From Verrucomicrobiota bacterium (lineage in GTDB: Bacteria > Verrucomicrobiota > Verrucomicrobiia > Chthoniobacterales > UBA6821): 32,000 nt of DNA. Within the stretch, counting starts at the first letter, position 1. Each line of letters starts with the position of its first letter. This document shows, in pieces, positions 24,969 to 32,000 of the stretch. Made by a program: the position numbers and the translations under genes. The notes beneath the pieces were generated by a model. It was not told the DNA's origin, did no database searches, and saw only the letters and a list, made by a program, of their open reading frames with translations. The stretch is taken from assembly GCA_008932965.1 (NCBI GenBank), contig WBXG01000010.1:1-32000 (forward strand). The letters run 5' to 3'.

Positions 24969-25712
24969 TTAAGATGCAGTGACCCAGTCATAGCCCTCAG
25001 ATTCTAGTTTGAGTGCAAGATCTTTTTCTCCACTTAAAACAATTTGTCCCTCTGCCATAACGTGGACTTTATCAGGGACAATATAATCAAGCAGACGCTG
25101 ATAGTGCGTAATGACAAGCATTCCAACCTCTGGTCCGCGCAGGGAATTAACTCCTGAGGAGACTATTTTGAGTGCATCGATGTCAAGACCACTATCTGTC
25201 TCATCAAGCACCGCATATTTTGGCTGAAGCATGGCCATCTGTAAAATTTCACAACGTTTTTTTTCACCGCCAGAAAAACCTTCATTAACCGAGCGCGAGG
25301 TAAAGGAGCGTGGGATGCTTAACGCATCCATCTTGGAATAGATCTCAGCATAGTAATCGGTGGCTTCTAATTCCTCTCCCTGAGGAAGACGAGACTGTAC
25401 CGCTGCTCGAATAAAATTTGCAATCGTAACACCTGGAATTTCCATCGGGTATTGAAATGCTAAAAACAATCCCAAACGAGCCCGCTGATCAGGTTCCATA
25501 CCTAAGATACTCTCCCCATCAAGAAGCACATCCCCTGAATTCACTGTATAATCAGGATGCCCTGCCATGACTTTTGCTAAGGTGCTTTTACCAGAACCAT
25601 TTTTTCCCATAATGGCATGAACCTGGCCTTTGGGAATCTCCAGGGTGAGACCGCGAAGAATCGGCTTGTCACCGATAGAGGCATGAAGATTGCAAATAGA
25701 GAGTGTGCTCAT
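24969..25712 (-). CDS. sufC: Fe-S cluster assembly ATPase SufC
   Basis: Walker [11 protein letters not shown], signature FSGGEKKR, Walker [13 protein letters not shown]-loop ITHY. I chose the ATG at 25712. Confidence 0.95.
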   Translation of the reverse strand: MSTLSICNLHASIGDKPILRGLTLEIPKGQVHAIMGKNGSGKSTLAKVMAGHPDYTVNSGDVLLDGESILGMEPDQRARLGLFLAFQYPMEIPGVTIANFIRAAVQSRLPQGEELEATDYYAEIYSKMDALSIPRSFTSRSVNEGFSGGEKKRCEILQMAMLQPKYAVLDETDSGLDIDALKIVSSGVNSLRGPEVGMLVITHYQRLLDYIVPDKVHVMAEGQIVLSGEKDLALKLESEGYDWVTAS

Positions 25713-25840
25713 GAAGTGTAAAAATGTAATCTGCTTTGATCCATTATCAAGAATTTTAACCAAAGAACCTGATCCTTACTTCATGTAGCATGAGCTATTA
25801 GTAATGACTTCAGTGATGCCAAAACCTAGGGAACCGTACC

Positions 25841-27868
25841 CTAAATCCTCTGAGCTATATCCTCTCTAAGCCAGTTCCAACGGTCTTCTAGCTCTTTTTT
25901 TAGCATTTTTTTAATATCCACAAGATCCTTGATAGAGAATTTTTCAGACTCAGGTTTTTGTGAAGCAAAGAGATAAAATTTAATTTTTGGTTCTGTTCCT
26001 GAAGGACGAACCACCACTCGATTATCTCCCTGAAGTTTAAAAATCAACATCGACTCTTGTGGCAAAACTTCCCCTTCACTATCAACAATTATTTCCGTGG
26101 AATAATTTTGAAATGCAGTCACCGGCTCTCCATGAATAGAAGTAAAAGGATGTTGAATATAAGAATGAATGAGAGATTGCATTTTAAGAGATCCCTGAGC
26201 CCCTTCAAAAGCTAATGACTCTCCACATTCATGGTAGTACCCATAGTCACAATAAATTTGATCAAGGAGCTCCAAGAGGCTTGTTTGCTTGCTTGCCGCA
26301 TAGGCAGCAGCTTCACAAAAACCGAGAGCTGCTGCATTAGCATCTTTATCACGCACAAAATCACCCAAGCTATAACCATAACTCTCTTCCCCTCCAAAAA
26401 CAAAGTAACTGGATCCTTCAAGTCGTGCCTCTCGGGATTCCTCTGCACTTAGGATACGATATTTTTTTTGAAACTCTTGAGAAAGTTGATGCTCATAGTG
26501 TGTTAATTTTGCTCCGATATATTTAAAACCAGTAAGTGTTTCTACACAGCGAACTCCAAATTTCTCAGCAATCGCTTTTTGAAGATCCGTTGTCACAATA
26601 CTCTTAATGAGGAGAGCATTTTTTTTATTTTTTTTATTGAGGAGACCTTGTTCAAAAAGAGTCTTCAAACGATACCACGCCATCAGTGATCCAATCTGAT
26701 TTCCCGTAAGCAACTCTAAGGAGCCTGATCCATTACGAACAGCCACTCCCATTCGATCTGCATCAGGATCTGTAGCAATAACAAGGTCCGCTTTTTCTTG
26801 TTCTGCCAGAGCTATCCCTAAGGTGAGTGCCTCCGAATTTTCGGGATTAGGTGATTTTACTGTAGAGAAAAATCCATCAGGCAGCATCTGCGAGGCAACA
26901 GGCAAGCATTCCACACCAACACTCCTAAGAAGTGGTACAATAATGGATCCACCCACACCATGAAGAGGGGTATAGACAACCTTTAATTTTTTTTCAAATA
27001 AGGAGGGCTGCAAAACAAGACTCTTCAATCTCTTTTTGTAAGATCTATCCAAAGCCTCCCCCAAAAAGATAATTTTGCCACATTGCCAAGGAGGAAGTGG
27101 AGTGTACTGTTCACCTTCCATTTGATCAACCAAAGCAATGATTGCGGAGGCATGGGGTTCAATCACCTGTCCTCCATCCTCAAAGTAGACTTTATAACCA
27201 TTGTAGGCAGGAGGATTATGGCTTGCTGTAATATTGATTCCTGCTGTAGCAGCACATTCTCGAACAGCAAAAGAGAGTTCTGGTGTGGAACGAGGTGCCT
27301 GAAAAATTAATGCATCACACCCATGTTCTGAAATCACTTTTGCTGCTAACTCTGCAAATTCTCTTGAAAAAAATCGAGTGTCATAGCTAATGCAGATTTT
27401 AGGATTTCTAGAATGATTCTTTTGTTGGTGCCATTGGAGTACATAAGTAACGAGACCACGCGTCGCTCTAATAATATTATAATTATTAACAGCATTTGTG
27501 CCGATACATGAAAATTGAGGACGTCCATCGGGCCGCTTTATACCTGCCTCTGCAGAGGTCACAATATCCCCTATTGTCTTTCCTCTTAACCCACCCGTCC
27601 CAAAGGCAAGGGTGCGAAAAAAACGATCATTAAGCTCAGCCCACGCTTTTTGATCCAACAATTCCGTGATCACACGCCTGGGGAATGAGGAGGAGGCTTG
27701 TTTTAAGAGCTGCTTCATATTCTGAGCAGAACTCTCAAGTAGATCTCCTGCTTGCGCTGCCTTCGAAATTGCACTCATGAGCTCTCCTTGCAATTTGAGT
27801 TCCTCAAAAGAAAGGTGCTCCTCCTTTTCAGGAAAAGGAGAATCAGGGTTATTAGATTGTTGATTCAT
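25841..27868 (-). CDS. Alpha-D-phosphohexomutase (phosphoglucomutase/phosphomannomutase family, PgcA-like)
   Basis: 675 aa. Phosphoserine loop TASHNPPAYNGYK, metal loop ATDPDADRMGV, sugar loop GGEESYG. Confidence 0.9.
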   Translation of the reverse strand: MNQQSNNPDSPFPEKEEHLSFEELKLQGELMSAISKAAQAGDLLESSAQNMKQLLKQASSSFPRRVITELLDQKAWAELNDRFFRTLAFGTGGLRGKTIGDIVTSAEAGIKRPDGRPQFSCIGTNAVNNYNIIRATRGLVTYVLQWHQQKNHSRNPKICISYDTRFFSREFAELAAKVISEHGCDALIFQAPRSTPELSFAVRECAATAGINITASHNPPAYNGYKVYFEDGGQVIEPHASAIIALVDQMEGEQYTPLPPWQCGKIIFLGEALDRSYKKRLKSLVLQPSLFEKKLKVVYTPLHGVGGSIIVPLLRSVGVECLPVASQMLPDGFFSTVKSPNPENSEALTLGIALAEQEKADLVIATDPDADRMGVAVRNGSGSLELLTGNQIGSLMAWYRLKTLFEQGLLNKKNKKNALLIKSIVTTDLQKAIAEKFGVRCVETLTGFKYIGAKLTHYEHQLSQEFQKKYRILSAEESREARLEGSSYFVFGGEESYGYSLGDFVRDKDANAAALGFCEAAAYAASKQTSLLELLDQIYCDYGYYHECGESLAFEGAQGSLKMQSLIHSYIQHPFTSIHGEPVTAFQNYSTEIIVDSEGEVLPQESMLIFKLQGDNRVVVRPSGTEPKIKFYLFASQKPESEKFSIKDLVDIKKMLKKELEDRWNWLREDIAQRI

Positions 27869-27941
27869 AAAAAAAAGTGATCATGACGGTCAAAGATGGA
27901 TTTTATAAAATAGCCAAGAACTAACAATTGAAAACTACGGG

Positions 27942-28215
27942 CTAGTCCGCATATTTCATACTGGTTCGTTGCGAGGCGCAGCAAATCCTGATACAGACAC
28001 CACCGGCGGTCGGGAGACCGCGGTGGAGACTGCCCTGGCTTTAAGGGGGCAGCCTTGAAAGGGCGAGACGAACGGGAGCAAGCGAGTCAATGAAGGTAAC
28101 GGATTGCGACGACGGCTGTATATTTCATACTGCCCAAGGAGCAATTCGAGGCTGACGCAGTATCCATCAGGTGTTCGCAAGCCGCAGCAGAATCGGTATG
28201 AAATATGCAGGCTAG
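27942..28215 (+). mobile_element. MITE-like element, long class (270 bp from CTAG to CTAG), intergenic
   Basis: CTAG at 27942-27945 and at 28212-28215. Paralog of 8328-8601. The L,D-transpeptidase stop codon lies in the right CTAG. Confidence 0.85.
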
Positions 28216-28751
28216 AGCCGTGATAAAGATTTTTGGATGATCTCCACCTCGGTGCCTTGACCAACACTCTCATCAAGACGAATTGCATCAGAAGAACTAA
28301 TACGAATACAACCATAACTCTTAGGATGTCCGAGCGATCGCTCCTCTGGAGTACCATGAATGTAGATACAACGTTTATATGCATTTCTGTTACAACTCTC
28401 TTTTCCCTTGAGCCAAAAAATACGTGTCACAATTGGGTCCCGACCGAATGCATTGGGTAATAAAATTTCCCCTGTTGGCTTTGTATCCTTAAAAACCATT
28501 CCAGAAGGGGCACCCGATCCGATTTTTTGACAAAGTGTAAAATGCCCCAGGGGAGTTTTATAGCTTCCCATAGTATCTCCTGTTCCATACTTAGAGGTAG
28601 AGACAGGATAGGAGGCCATGGGACGTCCATCTTCATAAACAATCATCTTCTGCTCTACTGTGCTAACAACTATTTTATGGTGTCGATCACCAGCGCAGCC
28701 AGTAAGTAGCAGCAATGAGATAAAACATAAAAACCGCAGTAAAAAAAACAT
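28212..28751 (-). CDS. L,D-transpeptidase (YkuD family) lipoprotein
   Basis: Signal peptide plus lipobox LLLTGC. Catalytic motif IHGTPEERSLGHPKSYGCIRI. Confidence 0.88.
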   Translation of the reverse strand: MFFLLRFLCFISLLLLTGCAGDRHHKIVVSTVEQKMIVYEDGRPMASYPVSTSKYGTGDTMGSYKTPLGHFTLCQKIGSGAPSGMVFKDTKPTGEILLPNAFGRDPIVTRIFWLKGKESCNRNAYKRCIYIHGTPEERSLGHPKSYGCIRISSSDAIRLDESVGQGTEVEIIQKSLSRL

Positions 28752-28879
28752 TCTTTCAGATAAGCCCCTTTCTCAAGGAAATCAAAATAAAATTGCTCCT
28801 CCACCATGATTAAGAGAGTGTGTTCATTTGTATTAATACAATCATTCCGTTTCCTTTCTAACCACCGTACAGAATCAAA

Positions 28880-29869
28880 ATGAAAAAAGTGAAAAGCGCT
28901 TTTATCCTAGCAGCTGGTAAAGGAACACGTTTGCGCCCACTTACTGAAAAAATACCTAAGCCCCTTCTGCCGGTTTTTCACAAGCCACTGATGACATTTG
29001 CACTCGATCATTGTATCGCCCTTGATATTGAAAATATCTCTATAAACACATGTCACCTCTATGAGGCTTTCTATGATGCTTTTCAAGTCCAAGAGGTACA
29101 AGCTAGTTTTGGCCTAGGTCATTATGAGGGCAGAACACTTACCCTTTTTCATGAAAATCCGATCCTAGAAACTGGGGGCGCTCTGCGTAATGCTCGTTCC
29201 GTTTTGGAACAAGGAACTTTTCTCGTGCATAATGGTGATATTTTAACCGATGCCCCCCTTCAAGATCTCATCGATCATCACATTCAATCAAAGTCTATGG
29301 TAACGCTACTCCTACGCCATGAGGGAGCTGCCAAAAATGTTGCTTATAATGTCAGCAGTGGCGAAATAGAAGGATTTAGTGGCACTTGGAATTCTCTACC
29401 GTCTCTTGCCACAAAAAACTCTCTTCCTATGGTCTATACAGGCATTGCAGTAATGGAGCCTTCCTTCCTAGATTGGATTCCGATTGAAGGTCCATCATCG
29501 ATGATACCTGCTTTCACAAAAGCTATTGAGCACAAGCAAAAAGTTGGAGGTTTTCTTCTCCCTCACAATTATTTTTGGAGTGATCTTGGAACACCAGCAT
29601 CTTACCTCCAAACCCATCTTCATATCGCTCAAAACAATTGGAGACCTCCTTACAAGCTAGGTAAAAAGCACCTTTCATGGCCACAAGCTATTCATCCTTC
29701 AGCCACCATTGACTCTTCTGCCAAACTCGATGGAATGGTAGTTGTAGGAGCTCATACCCATATTGCACCAGGTGCACACTTGAAAAACTGCGTCATCCTT
29801 CCAAGAACAATCATCACCCAGGATGCTCATTTCTCAGAAATGATTCTTAGCCCGGATATTTCCTACTGA
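28880..29869 (+). CDS. Sugar-phosphate nucleotidyltransferase with a C-terminal left-handed beta-helix-like region
   Basis: The N-terminal ILAAGKGTRLRPLTEKIPKPLLPV is the NTP-transferase signature. The C-terminus ends SPDISY-stop inside element 29847-30031. Confidence 0.82.
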   Translation: MKKVKSAFILAAGKGTRLRPLTEKIPKPLLPVFHKPLMTFALDHCIALDIENISINTCHLYEAFYDAFQVQEVQASFGLGHYEGRTLTLFHENPILETGGALRNARSVLEQGTFLVHNGDILTDAPLQDLIDHHIQSKSMVTLLLRHEGAAKNVAYNVSSGEIEGFSGTWNSLPSLATKNSLPMVYTGIAVMEPSFLDWIPIEGPSSMIPAFTKAIEHKQKVGGFLLPHNYFWSDLGTPASYLQTHLHIAQNNWRPPYKLGKKHLSWPQAIHPSATIDSSAKLDGMVVVGAHTHIAPGAHLKNCVILPRTIITQDAHFSEMILSPDISY

Positions 29870-30031
29870 TCGTGACGAGGAGGCCGCGAAGGCTGATGGG
29901 GTAAGGCAGGCGAGCATTTTGATGCAGGGCTGTATGTGTACATACTGCCCAAATCAAAATGGGAGTCTAACGCAGCATCCATCCTTGCTTCCCGTCCTCC
30001 GCAGTAGATTAGTATGAAATATCCGGGTTAA
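29847..30031 (+). mobile_element. MITE-like element, medium class
   Basis: Left end TTAG-cccggatatttcctactg, right end tagtatgaaatatccggg-TTAA. It lies between the convergent nucleotidyltransferase and ahcY genes. Confidence 0.85.
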
Positions 30032-30047
30032 ATAAGAAACATTCGCT

Positions 30048-31478
30048 CTAGTAGCGATAATGCTCCGTCTTATAAGGTCCTTCGATTGGAATCTCCAAAT
30101 AATCCGATTGTTCTGGAGTAAGCTTTGTCAACTTTACTCCAATTTTTTCTAGATGGAGGCGTGCCACTTCTTCATCAAGTATTTTTGGCAGAATATAAAC
30201 ACCTATCTTGTTCTCATGTCGATTTTTCCATAGCTCAATTTGAGCCAGTACCTGATTGCTAAAACTGTTACTCATCACAAAGCTGGGATGACCAGTAGCA
30301 CAGCCGAGATTGACTAGACGTCCTTCAGCGAGAAGGAAGATTTCGTGTCCATCTGGAAATGTGTATTTATCGACCTGTGGTTTAATGTTTGTCTTTTTGA
30401 TTCCAGGGAATGTGACAAGATTATCAACTTCGATTTCATTATCAAAGTGGCCAATGTTACAAACAATGGCCTGGTTTTTCATCTTTTTCATATGCTCCAG
30501 GGTGATCACTTTGAAATTCCCCGTTGTTGTTACATAAATATCTCCACGACCTAATGTCTCCTCCACGGTAGTTACTTCATATCCTTCCATCGCAGCTTGA
30601 AGAGCATTAATGGGATCGATCTCAGTAATAATCACACGTGCCCCTTGACCTCGTAGTGATTGAGCAGAACCTTTTCCTACGTCACCATAACCACAAACAA
30701 CAGCCACTTTGCCTGAGATCATGACATCAATAGCTCGATTCAGACCATCAACGAGTGAATGGCGGCATCCGTAGAGATTATCAAATTTCGTTTTTGTAAC
30801 AGAATCATTGACGTTGAATGCTGGAACCAAGAGTTTTCCTTGCTCGTGAAGCTTATAAAGACGATGTACCCCTGTTGTTGTCTCTTCTGAAACACCTTTC
30901 CAATCCTTGACCATATCATGCCAGCAGGTTGGATTTTCAGTATGAATTTTTTGGAGTAAATCTTTAATGACTTGCTCTTCCTCATTGCTAGAGGGAGTCG
31001 TCACCCATGTATCTCCATTTTCAAGTTCGTAGCCTTTGTGAAGCAGCAGGGTAACATCACCACCATCATCGACAACAAGCTCAGGACCTTGGCCATGAGG
31101 ATGTGAGAGGGCTTGGTAGGTACACCACCAATATTCTTCAAGAGATTCACCCTTCCATGCAAAGACAGGAACCCCAATGGCAGCCATTGCTGCAGCCGCT
31201 TGGTCTTGTGTAGAAAATATATTACAGCTAGCCCAACGAACACTTGCTCCCAATTCAATCATTGTTTCTATGAGAACAGCAGTTTGAATGGTCATGTGCA
31301 ATGAGCCAGTGATACGAACGCCAGAAAGGGGCTTTGACGAAGAATATTTGTTTCTAATACTCATGAGCCCAGGCATCTCTTGCTCGGCAATAGAAATTTC
31401 TTTGCGCCCCCAGTCTGCAAGAGAGAGGTCAGCAACTTTGAAGTCAGAAAAGGAGGTCATTGAGGTTGGAGTGTTCAT
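30048..31478 (-). CDS. ahcY: Adenosylhomocysteinase
   Basis: 476 aa, AhcY-like throughout. NAD-binding [11 protein letters not shown]-terminus ...YKTEHYRY. Confidence 0.96.
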   Translation of the reverse strand: MNTPTSMTSFSDFKVADLSLADWGRKEISIAEQEMPGLMSIRNKYSSSKPLSGVRITGSLHMTIQTAVLIETMIELGASVRWASCNIFSTQDQAAAAMAAIGVPVFAWKGESLEEYWWCTYQALSHPHGQGPELVVDDGGDVTLLLHKGYELENGDTWVTTPSSNEEEQVIKDLLQKIHTENPTCWHDMVKDWKGVSEETTTGVHRLYKLHEQGKLLVPAFNVNDSVTKTKFDNLYGCRHSLVDGLNRAIDVMISGKVAVVCGYGDVGKGSAQSLRGQGARVIITEIDPINALQAAMEGYEVTTVEETLGRGDIYVTTTGNFKVITLEHMKKMKNQAIVCNIGHFDNEIEVDNLVTFPGIKKTNIKPQVDKYTFPDGHEIFLLAEGRLVNLGCATGHPSFVMSNSFSNQVLAQIELWKNRHENKIGVYILPKILDEEVARLHLEKIGVKLTKLTPEQSDYLEIPIEGPYKTEHYRY

Positions 31479-31484
31479 AGATAA

Positions 31485-32000
31485 TTAGGCGATTTTAGAG
31501 TGAAGTGATTTAGTGATGAGAGCAGCTGCTTTTTTTAATGCAGGAACTTTATCAATGCGTTCCCAGGTAATGTTTTCAAGATCATGAATTTTTCCAAAAT
31601 GACCGTAGTTGGTTGTTTTAGAATAAATCGGACGTTTGAGTTTTAAGGTTTCAATGATATGAGCAGGCTTAAAACAAAAGATTTTTTCAATAGCCATTTT
31701 AATCACTTCCTCTGGAATTGCAGCTGTGCCGAAGGTCTCAATATGAATACTCACAGGATCTGCACATCCAATGGCATAGGCAAATTGAACTTCACATCTC
31801 TTGGCAAAACCGGCAGCCACAACATTCTTGGCAACATAGCGTCCCATATAGGCGGCGGAGCGATCAACTTTGGTAGGATCTTTTCCAGAAAAAGCCCCTC
31901 CCCCGTGACGTCCCATTCCGCCATAACTATCAACAATAATTTTTCGGCCCGTTAATCCGGTATCACCTTGTGGACCACCAATCACAAAACGTCCTGTTGG
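31485..32000 (-). CDS. metK: S-adenosylmethionine synthase, C-terminal part (5' end lies beyond the window)
   Basis: Contains [19 protein letters not shown] and the MetK C-terminal domain. The frame stays open to the window edge. The stop is 6 nt upstream of the ahcY ATG. Confidence 0.93.
   Translation of the reverse strand, partial: PTGRFVIGGPQGDTGLTGRKIIVDSYGGMGRHGGGAFSGKDPTKVDRSAAYMGRYVAKNVVAAGFAKRCEVQFAYAIGCADPVSIHIETFGTAAIPEEVIKMAIEKIFCFKPAHIIETLKLKRPIYSKTTNYGHFGKIHDLENITWERIDKVPALKKAAALITKSLHSKIA

Noticed and set aside
31479-31484. SAH or SAM riboswitch expected near ahcY/metK.
   Set aside because: Only 6 nt separate the metK stop from the ahcY start, so there is no room for a riboswitch. 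Any metK leader lies beyond the window end.

Overview
AT-rich bacterial chromosomal window with mostly housekeeping genes. I support about 29 CDSs. They include rho, recR, a UDP-glucuronate decarboxylase, a PilM/PilN-like gene, an ABC-F ATPase, nuoA, hemW, sufC-sufB-sufD followed by a deoxyhypusine-synthase-like gene, a phosphohexomutase, an L,D-transpeptidase, a sugar-phosphate nucleotidyltransferase and ahcY-metK. There are two tRNAs: Ser-CGA and Leu-UAA. The gene repertoire would fit a Verrucomicrobia/PVC-like organism, but I cannot assign a taxon from sequence alone. I see no transposase, integrase, phage, cas, toxin-antitoxin or recognisable defence genes, and I did not find a discrete new multi-gene system. 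The unusual content is non-coding. (1) A family of GC-rich, MITE-like palindromic elements has 8 copies in three size classes (about 90, about 180 and 270 bp). The terminal inverted repeats are close to TTAACCCGGATATTTCATACTG, with YTAR flanks. Two copies sit in frame inside the pilM/pilN ORF. Three ORFs end inside an element terminus with the same ...PDISY-stop tail. Two more stop codons lie in the flanking YTAR. An internal stem changes sequence between copies but stays paired. (2) Two related tandem-repeat arrays (144-bp period at the window start downstream of rho; 138/139-bp period directly upstream of tRNA-Ser) share one architecture. In each, the last unit is enclosed by a perfect 18-22 nt inverted repeat, and the units partly resemble the D-arm and anticodon arm of the adjacent tRNA-Ser. 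All coordinates and alignments were done by eye, and all functional readings of the repeats are inference.
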